Positions 44,091-52,994 are shown, counted from the first letter of the stretch. The stretch is 64,000 nucleotides of DNA from Cytophagales bacterium (GCA_003454975.1 DMST01000116.1:26659-90658); one strand, 5' to 3'. Notes: a model not told the origin generated them from the sequence alone. Made by a program: numbers and translations.

Positions 44091-44363
44091 CTATACTCGC
44101 ACGTTTTCTTTCAGGCGTTCCATGTACTTGATTTTATTTTTAAAATACAATGTGGCAATGTCGGTGATTATGTCATTTTTCCGTAACTCTTTCAACACCT
44201 TCCTTACGTAATCAGCAGTATATTTTTTGCCGTCAGACTTTGCCGTTAGGTTAGCAATTCTTTGATAATCTCCGTGCTCTACAATAGATGGGTTTTCTTT
44301 AATTATTTCAATTGCACCTTTTGCCTTGCTCATATCTGTAATGTTTATTTCTTGACGGGTCAA
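44091..44363 (-). CDS. Small hypothetical protein in an AT-rich islet
   Basis: A 90-aa, Lys/Ile-rich ORF with no recognised motif. It is the only sizeable ORF in the visibly AT-rich 43800-44627 interval. Confidence 0.4.
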   Translation of the reverse strand: MTRQEINITDMSKAKGAIEIIKENPSIVEHGDYQRIANLTAKSDGKKYTADYVRKVLKELRKNDIITDIATLYFKNKIKYMERLKENVRV

Positions 44364-44627
44364 GTATACATTTTCAGGCTTTTATATACAATTATTGAAT
44401 TTAGTTTATCAATAGTATCTGTGAATTTATTCATAGTTACTGTGCTTATGATCTGTGGTTGAGTTAGTTGCTATCTGGTTTTATAGACCGGTATAAGCTG
44501 GAATATGGGGTGAGGTTAATAAACCGCCATATCACAATCTGCACGGTTGAACCCATTCTATTGTACTTCAGGTGGTATTTTTGGTACTATGCAAATAGAA
44601 TAAACAAACTGCCATAGGATATCATCT

Positions 44628-45137
44628 ATGAAAAAGCTTATTGTATTTGTGATTGTTTTATGTGTTTCCACAAGTGTGTGGGCACAAGAGGAACTGCCCG
44701 TTGAACAATGGTATCAGTTTTGGGTGGGCAACTGGGATCTTACTTGGCAAGATGCCGGCGGTGGTACGGGCAAAGGCACCAATCAAATAGTGAGAATTCT
44801 AGACGGAAAGGTGATCCAAGAGAACTTCAAAGCACTAGAAGGAGCGCTGGCAGGCTACAGCGGAATGAGCCTTTCGGTGTATAATCCTACCGCAAAACAA
44901 TGGAAGCAGGCCTGGACCGATAGTCAAGGGGGGTACTTTGATTTTACTGGCCGCAAGGACGAGGATCGGTTTTATTTTGAAACTGCAGAGACCGACAACG
45001 GGCAGGGAGGAGTGCAACAGCGCATGGTGTTCTACGAAATCACTGAGGAAGCTTTTACGTGGGATTGGGAATCAACCCAAGATGGAGGAGCCACCTGGAC
45101 CCTCAACTGGAGGATCCAATATCGAAGACAGCAATAA
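44628..45137 (+). CDS. Hypothetical secreted protein
   Basis: 169 aa. Signal peptide MKKLIVFVIVLCVSTSVWAQ. Beta-rich and Trp-rich. No confident family. Confidence 0.65.
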   Translation: MKKLIVFVIVLCVSTSVWAQEELPVEQWYQFWVGNWDLTWQDAGGGTGKGTNQIVRILDGKVIQENFKALEGALAGYSGMSLSVYNPTAKQWKQAWTDSQGGYFDFTGRKDEDRFYFETAETDNGQGGVQQRMVFYEITEEAFTWDWESTQDGGATWTLNWRIQYRRQQ

Positions 45138-45146
45138 GCTTCCGGA

Positions 45147-46217
45147 TTAAGCGAAAGCTGTACGTGTATCGGTTTGGTTAAGATTGGGGTGCCGATGCAT
45201 TACCCAAAACCAAAGTGGTGGTAGCAGAGATAGTACCATCATGCCAGGGTATCCGGTGGGCATTTGTGGGCTATGGTCATGGTGCCGCAAGATTTGGTAA
45301 GGGCGGGAGGCAATGAAGTGATGATCAGAATGACGGCTTAGCTCAAACAAAAGTAGGCGCCCCACTACGTGATTGCTATTCCAGGAGTGGTGCGCCTGCA
45401 CGCGTTCATATTTTCCTTGTGCATTCTTCTGCCGTACTAGCCCGTAGTGTTCTATGTAGTTCACCGTTTCTAGTAGTAGAAACCCTACCGTGGCGGTGGC
45501 CACAAAAGCCAGGGCAACAGGCACGGAAAATACCAAAGCGATACTGACAATCAGGCCTAGCTGCAAAGCCTGGAAGCGGAGCATCTCATTTTTCCAGCTG
45601 AAAAAGCGAATTCCTTTCCTTCGTAGTCTTTGAGCCTCTAGTTGCCACGCGGACCGAAAGCTGTAGAAGACAGAACGCATCCAGAAGGTATACACCGCTT
45701 CTCCACGGCGTGCCGTTGCTGGATCCTCAGGGGTGCTGGCATGCTTGTGGTGCCCACGGTTATGCTCTATATAAAAGTGCATATACAGAGATGAAAGCAA
45801 CAACGTTTTGGATAGGGCGCGCTCATAAGGTTTAGTCCGGTGGCCTAGCTCATGGGCTACATTGATACCCAATACACCACACATGAGTCCCATGCCCATT
45901 ATTCGGCCTAGGTATTCCATAGCATGCAACCCGGGTTCTTGAATAACTACACAAAACCAAACGAGAAAAACCCACTGGGTGGGTACTGTGAGATACACCA
46001 GCCAATCATAAAACCGATCCGATTTGGCAACCGCCTCTTCCGCAGCTGTCATATTGGTCTCATTGGGGCGGAAAAAGAATTCCAAAAGAGGCACCAACCC
46101 AAATGCATACATAATGGGTAGCCAGGTCCAAATGCCTTCTTGGGTAAAAGCAACAGCGGTAGTGGCCGGTATGGAGAAGACCAACAGGTACTTGAGGGCG
46201 GCGATTCTTCTATTCAT
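45147..46217 (-). CDS. alkB: Alkane 1-monooxygenase (AlkB-type integral-membrane di-iron hydroxylase)
   Basis: All four signature boxes are present: HELGHR, EHNRGHHKH, NYIEHYGL and LSRHSDHH. There are several N-terminal TM helices. Confidence 0.88.
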   Translation of the reverse strand: MNRRIAALKYLLVFSIPATTAVAFTQEGIWTWLPIMYAFGLVPLLEFFFRPNETNMTAAEEAVAKSDRFYDWLVYLTVPTQWVFLVWFCVVIQEPGLHAMEYLGRIMGMGLMCGVLGINVAHELGHRTKPYERALSKTLLLSSLYMHFYIEHNRGHHKHASTPEDPATARRGEAVYTFWMRSVFYSFRSAWQLEAQRLRRKGIRFFSWKNEMLRFQALQLGLIVSIALVFSVPVALAFVATATVGFLLLETVNYIEHYGLVRQKNAQGKYERVQAHHSWNSNHVVGRLLLFELSRHSDHHFIASRPYQILRHHDHSPQMPTGYPGMMVLSLLPPLWFWVMHRHPNLNQTDTRTAFA

Positions 46218-46243
46218 ACGGTAAATATAAAAAACTTGAACTA

Positions 46244-46273
46244 ATTAAACTATAATAACCAAAATAGTTTAAT
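46244..46273. promoter_or_regulatory. Perfect 10-bp inverted repeat, candidate TetR operator in the alkB/tetR divergent intergenic region
   Basis: ATTAAACTAT (46244-46253), a 10-nt spacer, then ATAGTTTAAT (46264-46273). The repeat lies 27 nt from the alkB start and 37 nt from the tetR start. Confidence 0.5.
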
Positions 46274-46309
46274 ATTTAGTAAATCAGACAAGCTCCTTAT
46301 CTTCGCAGC

Positions 46310-46912
46310 ATGGGTAGAAAAGCAACCACGCGGGAAAGAAAAACCCCCGGGCCTTCCGTACAACGCTGGCTGTCTGACCTATTTTCTTACTGGCAGCAGC
46401 ACGGTATGGCCCATCAGACGATGGACGACTGGGCTGTAGCGGTGGAGAAGAGTAAGGCTACTTTGTATGCCTACTTTAAGTCTAAGGAGGAGATGGTAGA
46501 GGCGGCATTGGCTGTGAAACTGCAGAACATCCAGGCCTTCGAGGGCCCCTTGCAGGACACCTCTCGCTCCTATGTGCAGCGCTACAGTGATGCCTTCGAA
46601 CTCATTTCTCCCCAGCTTGGTGAAATTTCGGTACTTTTTCTGAGTGACTTACGCACAGAGTTTCCGAAGCAGATGGCCATTGTAGAAACTTTTCTGAACT
46701 ACGTAGGGAAGGTATTGGGTGAGTTTTATCAGGAGGGATTCCAGGCGGGGGCCTTCCGTGAGGTTAGTATTCCCATGCTAGTGCAGATGGATCAGCTATT
46801 TTTTCAGCAGCTTACCGATCCCAAATTTTTGCAAGGGGCGGGTATTTCCTTAAAAGAAGCGGTTACCTACTTTATTGAGTTGAAGTTTCAGGGACTTCTT
46901 CGGCATCATTAA
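46310..46912 (+). CDS. TetR/AcrR family transcriptional regulator
   Basis: N-terminal HTH TMDDWAVAVEKSKATLYAYFKSKEEMVEAAL. 200 aa. Divergent from alkB. Confidence 0.85.
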   Translation: MGRKATTRERKTPGPSVQRWLSDLFSYWQQHGMAHQTMDDWAVAVEKSKATLYAYFKSKEEMVEAALAVKLQNIQAFEGPLQDTSRSYVQRYSDAFELISPQLGEISVLFLSDLRTEFPKQMAIVETFLNYVGKVLGEFYQEGFQAGAFREVSIPMLVQMDQLFFQQLTDPKFLQGAGISLKEAVTYFIELKFQGLLRHH

Positions 46913-47738
46913 ATAGATGATACCCACATACCCGACAAAACTTGGCATCATGGGCATGCTTCTTCGCTCCGCAGTTGGGGCAGGGCCCGGGCTTCTTTTG
47001 GCTTTTTTCGGCCTTGGATAGTTCTACGGATACTATGCCTGTAGGTACGGCAATTATGCCATAGCCCAATATCATGATAACTGAGGCCACAATCTGACCG
47101 AGTGGGGTTTCTGGGGCTATGTCTCCGTACCCTACCGTGGTTAAAGTAACAATGGCCCAATACACACTAATGGGTATGTTGCGGAAGCCATGCTCGGGGC
47201 CCTCTATGAGGTACATTAAGCAGCCCATGATGACCACTAAGGTGATGACGGCGCCAATAAAAACGGTGATTTTGGCCATGCTTTGCAGTAGTGCAGTCCG
47301 CAATACTTCCGCCTCGCCCATGAAGCGGGTAAGCTTAAGTACCCGAAATACCCGTAGCAACCGTATGGCCCTGATAACGAGTAGGTATTGGGAACCCGCA
47401 ATTAGTAAGCTGAGAAAGGTGGGAATAATGGAAAGTAGGTCTATGATGCCATAGAAGCTAAATATGTACCTGCGGGGCCTGTCCACTACCAAAATCCGCA
47501 GGACATATTCTAAAGTGAATAGTACCGTAAAGCTCCACTCCAGAGTAAAAAATAGGCTGGCAAATTTGATGGAGTAATCACCCACCGTCTCCAGCATTAC
47601 CACAATGATGCTGGATAGAATGGCTATCAGCAAGGCAACATCAAAAGCTTTGCCCTTGGGCGTGTCACTTTCGAATATGATGATAAACAGGTTGAGTCGC
47701 CAACCAGGCTTGATGTGATCTTTGTTGAAAGGGTGCAT
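46872..47738 (-). CDS. Voltage-gated (Kv-type, 6TM) potassium channel with a C-terminal zinc-ribbon tail
   Basis: The S4 helix is IRAIRLLRVFRVLKLTRF. The selectivity filter is TTVGYGD. The C-terminal tail is CPNCGAKKHAHDAKFCRVCGYH. Its 3' end overlaps the tetR 3' end by 41 nt (convergent). Confidence 0.88.
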   Translation of the reverse strand: MHPFNKDHIKPGWRLNLFIIIFESDTPKGKAFDVALLIAILSSIIVVMLETVGDYSIKFASLFFTLEWSFTVLFTLEYVLRILVVDRPRRYIFSFYGIIDLLSIIPTFLSLLIAGSQYLLVIRAIRLLRVFRVLKLTRFMGEAEVLRTALLQSMAKITVFIGAVITLVVIMGCLMYLIEGPEHGFRNIPISVYWAIVTLTTVGYGDIAPETPLGQIVASVIMILGYGIIAVPTGIVSVELSKAEKSQKKPGPCPNCGAKKHAHDAKFCRVCGYHLFNDAEEVPETSTQ

Positions 47739-47998
47739 CCGGTCTTGTTTTGGCGAAAGGATGATATGCTCACTGCCGTGCCGCTAACATGCCTTTTTAC
47801 GGCTTACTTTCACATAAAGGTAAGCTTGTGTTTGCAATACTTCGATATGCGATCCAGAGAACTGTAAATGAGCATAAAGGGAGCAAGAAAATCAGGGTAG
47901 AAAACTAAATCTTTGAAATCCTTTTCTCAAGGCTTGCATACAATAGGTATTCCTGAATAAACTGCGAAAAAGTAGGATTTTCGCCTAGGAGGCTTTTT

Positions 47999-48688
47999 AT
48001 GAAGAAATCTACGACCCTGGTGTGGCTAGGTCTGTTTTTGTTGGATGCGGTACTGCATTTGGTCAGTACGCAAATTGAAGGGCAGCTATTTAACCAGGTG
48101 ACAAAGGCATTACTGATGCCCTTGTTGATTGTATATGCCATTACCAAGAAAAGTATTATCGCTCCTCGGCTAAAAAGGAGCCTGGTCATTGCACTTTTAT
48201 TCTCTTGGGTAGGTGACATACTGTTGGCCCTTCCGGTGTCAGGGTATTTTATTCCTGGGTTGGCGGCATTTTTAGTAGGCCATGTAGTCTATATTGTAGC
48301 CTACGGATACGCCTCAGCTACCTATCCGCTCAAGGTAATTTGGCACAGGTGGTGGTACTCTCTCCCCATAGTAGGGTATGGCTTTAGTTTCATTGCTTGG
48401 TTACTACCCAAACTGCCTTCGGGTCTGGAGATTCCGGTGGTTCTTTATGCTTTGGTAATTACTGTGATGCTACTCGCTGCTGCCGGCCGTGGTAAGTATA
48501 CCCATCCTACTAGCTTTATCTTTGTTTTGTTAGGGGCCGTCTTCTTCGCATTGTCCGACAGTATGATCGCGATCAATCGCTTTGTGAACCCCCTGGAACA
48601 GGGTAGCCTGCTCATAATGAGTACCTATATTTTAGGGCAGTGGCTGATTACCGAAGGTTTGCTTCGGCATCCGTCCCCGGCTGAATAG
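47999..48688 (+). CDS. YhhN-family lysoplasmalogenase (TMEM86-like)
   Basis: 229 aa with about 8 TM helices. Motifs KALLMPLL, FSWVGDILL, FLVGHVVYI and FFALSDSMIAINRF. Confidence 0.8.
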   Translation: MKKSTTLVWLGLFLLDAVLHLVSTQIEGQLFNQVTKALLMPLLIVYAITKKSIIAPRLKRSLVIALLFSWVGDILLALPVSGYFIPGLAAFLVGHVVYIVAYGYASATYPLKVIWHRWWYSLPIVGYGFSFIAWLLPKLPSGLEIPVVLYALVITVMLLAAAGRGKYTHPTSFIFVLLGAVFFALSDSMIAINRFVNPLEQGSLLIMSTYILGQWLITEGLLRHPSPAE

Positions 48689-48775
48689 TAGGTATGCAGA
48701 GCTTTTTTGGGAAATAATTGGTATTTTGGTACCCTGCAAATTCACCAAATTTGGTTTCACCTATCGATTACTACC

Positions 48776-49255
48776 ATGAGAAAGATTGACGCGCTGCTGA
48801 ACGAATATGGCGAAAGCCACCAGAATGCTTTCAATAAACGCGTGCACTGGATCTGTGTTCCCTCTATATTTTTTAGCATTGTGGGCCTTATAACGAGTAT
48901 TCCCTCTGGGTTAGTTTCCGACTTGCTGCCAGGTCTGGGGGCATATGCCAACTGGGCCACGGTAGGTATGGTCATGGCTTTGGTATACTATCTGCGCCTG
49001 AGCTTTCCCTTGTTTCTTGGGTTTATCCTTTGGGGAGCATTTTGCCTGTGGGGTAATGTGCAACTGGCTGGTTTAGGTTTTGCTCCCTTGTGGGCTATCA
49101 GCCTTACCATCTTTGTGGCTGCTTGGTTGGGACAATTCTACGGCCACAAGGTTGAAGGCAAAAAACCTTCTTTCTTCAAAGACTTGCAATTCTTGATGAT
49201 TGGCCCTGCTTGGCTTCTGCACTTCATTTATAAAAGAGCAGGGGTGAAGTACTAA
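48776..49255 (+). CDS. DUF962 / Mpo1-like membrane protein
   Basis: From Met24 of the track ORF: YGESHQNAFNKRVHWICVP and GHKVEGKKPSFFKDLQFLMIGPAW, as in the YGL010w/Mpo1 family. Confidence 0.8.
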   Translation: MRKIDALLNEYGESHQNAFNKRVHWICVPSIFFSIVGLITSIPSGLVSDLLPGLGAYANWATVGMVMALVYYLRLSFPLFLGFILWGAFCLWGNVQLAGLGFAPLWAISLTIFVAAWLGQFYGHKVEGKKPSFFKDLQFLMIGPAWLLHFIYKRAGVKY

Positions 49256-49276
49256 ACTGCGGTTCATCTAAAATAG

Positions 49277-49309
49277 AAAACCCCGAATCCTGATCAGATT
49301 CGGGGTTTT
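49277..49309. terminator. Bidirectional hairpin terminator
   Basis: A perfect 13-bp stem, AAAACCCCGAATC pairing with GATTCGGGGTTTT, between convergent genes. Confidence 0.88.
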
Positions 49310-49332
49310 CTTATGTATAGGGATGGCCCACT

Positions 49333-51648
49333 TTACGTGTATCTGCGTTCTTGAAACTTGCCTAGCTTCTTCAGCATCCATTTATATGCCTTGCCTGAAT
49401 AATCCTTCGGATCAGGATCATCGATGGCATTTTCCTGGTCAGCAAAGTGAGGATATACATACTCGTCCATAAACTCTTCAATGCGATTCTGTCGTGCAGG
49501 ATTGCCAATCAGCAATACCTGATCATCTATATCATCTATTACATCGATTTGCGTTGGCGGATGAGTTTCCTCTGCTTTTTCTATCCAAACTGAGTGGAAG
49601 GTATAGGCAAAGCGGAACTTATCATGGTGTAACTTACACACCGGGCCTTTGGCCAGGTCATGAGCATCCCATAGCCATACTTCGCTCTGAAATTCTCCCT
49701 TCTCCAAATTTACCGGCACCGTTACCGTACATAAAATGTACCCATCCTGATCTTCAGGGATAGCCTCATTGCGTGTTTCGCGAGGAATAAACTGGATTGA
49801 GCGTATGTAGTGCTTCTCCTCAAAGAGGTAGAAATCGTCAATTTTCAACTTAGGTGCGCTATGGTCTACACGGGCCAAGCCTATCGGGACACCGGTTTTG
49901 CATAGCTCTTCCATCTTCTCTATGGATACTTCCCGGTTAGGATAGTCCTTGTACAGCTCAAAGATGAACTCAGTCACATGGTCCTTGTCCAGCCCGTATA
50001 TCTGCCAGTACATACTTTTCAGGTCCTCCACTCGAGGGCCTACCTCTTCGTATCCGCGGAACGTGTATAGCCCTACCGCCCAGGTGTGAGCGCCAATGTT
50101 TTTGGGGTCTTCCAGGTTTCCGGTTTCGAAGAGCACGCTGGTTTTATCGTCTACCATCTTGCCCGTGGTAGGATCAAAAACGAAGCGACCTACCCGGCCA
50201 ATGTCCATTGGGCCTACGCTCAGGTAGCCCAGGTGTTCTTTATCGATGGGCTCACCGGTTTCCATCACCTTGTCAAAGTGCCGCATCCATTCCGCGGGGC
50301 AGTTTGCGGTGTTGTTGGCCGTCATTACAGTGATCAGGCCGTCCTCCTCCTTGTAGTTGGCGGTGAAGTGTACGCATTCCAGCGGAATAAGTGCCCGCAC
50401 GGCTTCTACAGAAGATTTCCCAGGTACCAAATCGCTTTTCTTTACAAAGTAAAGCGCCGAGATGGGGTGCATGGGCTGGGTGAAAAGCTCACGCATCGTC
50501 TCCTCAATATCTGGAATTAGCGGCTTGATCAGGTTAAACATCAGGCTCAGGTTCACCTTGAACGAGCTGTCAGAGAAGATTACGTAGTTCTCCGTAACCC
50601 CCATCTGGTGCATGTTATCCCGGATCTTGATGTCCTTACCGCCACAGCGGATCCGCCAACGCTCCACATCCGGAGTGCCGTCCCACATAGTTAGGAACAC
50701 CGCATCATCCGGGATGATACTTTCTTTAATATCCTCAAACAGATCCTTGAATTTGGGGTCTTTCTTGGCGGGCAACTCTTTGGTGTCCTCCATCATAAAC
50801 CGTTCAAATTCTCTTTGGCCCTGCTCTTTCCCTTTGGCGCGTGCCTTTTCGGCTGCTTTGATGATCCGCTCTTTAGTCTTTTCCGGATCGCGCAATGAGC
50901 TAATCAAAATCCGCTGAAAGCCCACCAAGGTGGATACGCCCTTGAGGTAATTTACTACATATACCTTTTTGTCGTTGTAGTCCCAGATGGGGTGTGCCGT
51001 AGAAAGAATGGCTTTGAAAGGATAGCGCCACAACCACTCAGGTACAAGCGATGCCGTGTCATCATTCTTAAGGATGGGTGCTTTCAGATCCAAATGGAGA
51101 GGGTCTACTTCCCAGGGGCGCCCCGCCTCATAGGTCCCTAGCATCCGTATAGGCCCCTCGTCCTCAAACCGGATAGGAATCATGGCCACATTGAGTTGGT
51201 TGGCTTGTCCTAGCTGCATGCTAAAACGAGCCATGCCAGTGCTGTTGAATTTCCAATCCCAGCTATCGAAACGCTTGTCGGCGCGTGCCGGTCCCCCATC
51301 TCGCAAGGCGTAGTCTGCCCAGTAGGTCGGGGTTTTCGCCAAGCGAGTTTTGAGCTTCACTTTGCCCTTCTCGTCAAAGTCCATCCGGATCATCATTCCG
51401 TCTCCGTTGAACAGAGGGCTGCCATAGTCGGGTAGCCTATTGCCTTCATGGTCTTTTTCTACAAAAGGAAGGCCTCCCGAATCCACGGTGCCTACAGCAG
51501 AATTGAAATACACATGACCCGCTAGGTCTTGGGGGAGCTCCCCTTCTATTATATTGAGATCAACATCAAGCTCCTCACGCGAGGCACTGATAAACCGATC
51601 CATCGGCGGGATGAACCGGAGTTCTTCCTTAAAGCTATTGTCCGCCAT
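49333..51648 (-). CDS. Carotenoid-oxygenase (CCD/RPE65/stilbene-oxygenase) family protein, unusually long (771 aa)
   Basis: Four candidate iron-ligand His residues sit in family-like contexts: STAHPIW (codon 50992-50994), NMHQMGVTENYVIF (50608-50610), ECVHFTANY (50368-50370) and YTFHSVWI (49594-49596). The early FNGDGMMIRMDF motif is also present. Confidence 0.75.
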   Translation of the reverse strand: MADNSFKEELRFIPPMDRFISASREELDVDLNIIEGELPQDLAGHVYFNSAVGTVDSGGLPFVEKDHEGNRLPDYGSPLFNGDGMMIRMDFDEKGKVKLKTRLAKTPTYWADYALRDGGPARADKRFDSWDWKFNSTGMARFSMQLGQANQLNVAMIPIRFEDEGPIRMLGTYEAGRPWEVDPLHLDLKAPILKNDDTASLVPEWLWRYPFKAILSTAHPIWDYNDKKVYVVNYLKGVSTLVGFQRILISSLRDPEKTKERIIKAAEKARAKGKEQGQREFERFMMEDTKELPAKKDPKFKDLFEDIKESIIPDDAVFLTMWDGTPDVERWRIRCGGKDIKIRDNMHQMGVTENYVIFSDSSFKVNLSLMFNLIKPLIPDIEETMRELFTQPMHPISALYFVKKSDLVPGKSSVEAVRALIPLECVHFTANYKEEDGLITVMTANNTANCPAEWMRHFDKVMETGEPIDKEHLGYLSVGPMDIGRVGRFVFDPTTGKMVDDKTSVLFETGNLEDPKNIGAHTWAVGLYTFRGYEEVGPRVEDLKSMYWQIYGLDKDHVTEFIFELYKDYPNREVSIEKMEELCKTGVPIGLARVDHSAPKLKIDDFYLFEEKHYIRSIQFIPRETRNEAIPEDQDGYILCTVTVPVNLEKGEFQSEVWLWDAHDLAKGPVCKLHHDKFRFAYTFHSVWIEKAEETHPPTQIDVIDDIDDQVLLIGNPARQNRIEEFMDEYVYPHFADQENAIDDPDPKDYSGKAYKWMLKKLGKFQERRYT

Positions 51649-52352
51649 TTTGATGTATGTGCTTGGTTAGGTGATGGTAATGTAGTTCAATTTTTTTGTC
51701 TTGAATAGGAAGCAATGCGATTAATCGATGAATGAACCTGTTTGTGACTAATCAACTCAAAAAAACCTCCTGATTGAAAAATAATGACTACCAAAGGGAA
51801 ATCAGTCAGATGGACTTTTCGAGAAAACCTTTGCTTTCATGGAGTTGGTTTGGTATCGGTGGTATGGGGGTAAAGGAATTAATGTGTCAAAAATGCCGAT
51901 GATGAACATACGTAATTGTTGTAGTGTCTCATGGGATTTACCTGAAAGCTTACTGGTAGCCTGAGTGTCACTACGGAAGACCGCAATCCTACAAAAATAG
52001 AGGCCCATCCAAATGAAATAAGGCTCCGTGGCTGGGCAGCGCTGCTCTCGTGTGTCATTAACATCCTACAGATTCTGCTCATTCCTGAGTGCGAAATATT
52101 ACCCTGCCTGCACAAACGTAGTGCGATATTGAAGGATGCGGCGGTAGTCCAAAATATTGCCCTTTCGGGTGAGAATACCTGTTTTCAGGGATACTCTATT
52201 GGGTCCTTTTTAGGGATAAACTACGGCATTTAGCCCTTATCGAGCACAGCGCACCCACAGGCTAATATGTGGCTGGGGAATTCTGCCTCACAAACTTCGC
52301 TTGTGGAGTATGTCCGATGTACAGGTTTCACTAGTAGCCACGGTGGCTGTGA

Positions 52353-52994
52353 TTACTCAATTAGCTTCATGTTGCGGGCCTTTATGACCAGCTCAACGGC
52401 ATTTTTCACCTCCAGTTTTCGCATCAGGTTCGCTCGATGAGTATCTACCGTACGCGGACTTACAAAGAGCGAATCAGCAATCTGGGCACTGGTTAGCCCC
52501 TCACCTACCATTTTGAGCACCTCTTTTTCTCGCTTCGTTACGTGTACCTCCTCTTCCTCATCGTCCTTTTTGCCAGAGCCTTGGGCGAAATTCTCCAGTA
52601 CCACCGCCTGAATGGTGCTGCTAAAGAAAATCTTACCCTCTGTTACCCATTTTATGGCATCTAGCATATCCGTTCCGGCATCTCCTTTGGCTACATATCC
52701 CTTAGCACCCAGCTCCAAACACTTGTCTACATATTGGTAGTCACTGTGCATGGTGAGCATGATGATTTTTGTGGGGGTTCCTTGCTCCCCCAGTTGGTTC
52801 AGAACCTCAATGCCTGTCATGTCGGGCATAGAAATGTCCAAGATGGCCACATCCGGTTTGTTTTGAATAATCAATTGTAAAGCGGTGGCTCCATCTCCTG
52901 CTTCCGCCATTAGTCTCAGGCCTTCCTGGTCGGCCAGGGTGGCCTTGATGCCGTTGCGTATCAATTCATGATCGTCTGCGATGATGATATTCAT
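52353..52994 (-). CDS. NarL/LuxR-family response regulator (REC + HTH)
   Basis: Contains IIIADDHELIRNG, PDVAILDISMPDMTG and LTMHSD. The C-terminal segment is TKREKEVLKMVGEGLTSAQIADSLFVSPRTVDTHRANLMRKL. Confidence 0.95.
   Translation of the reverse strand: MNIIIADDHELIRNGIKATLADQEGLRLMAEAGDGATALQLIIQNKPDVAILDISMPDMTGIEVLNQLGEQGTPTKIIMLTMHSDYQYVDKCLELGAKGYVAKGDAGTDMLDAIKWVTEGKIFFSSTIQAVVLENFAQGSGKKDDEEEEVHVTKREKEVLKMVGEGLTSAQIADSLFVSPRTVDTHRANLMRKLEVKNAVELVIKARNMKLIE

Noticed and set aside
47905-48219. A 104-aa minus-strand ORF overlapping the start of the YhhN gene.
   Set aside because: It overlaps a well-supported plus-strand membrane-protein CDS. It has no motifs and is probably a shadow ORF.
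51802-52115. Two overlapping minus-strand ORFs (68 and 78 aa) in the 700-bp gap.
   Set aside because: Low-complexity, Cys/Arg/Ser-rich translations with no start context or motifs.
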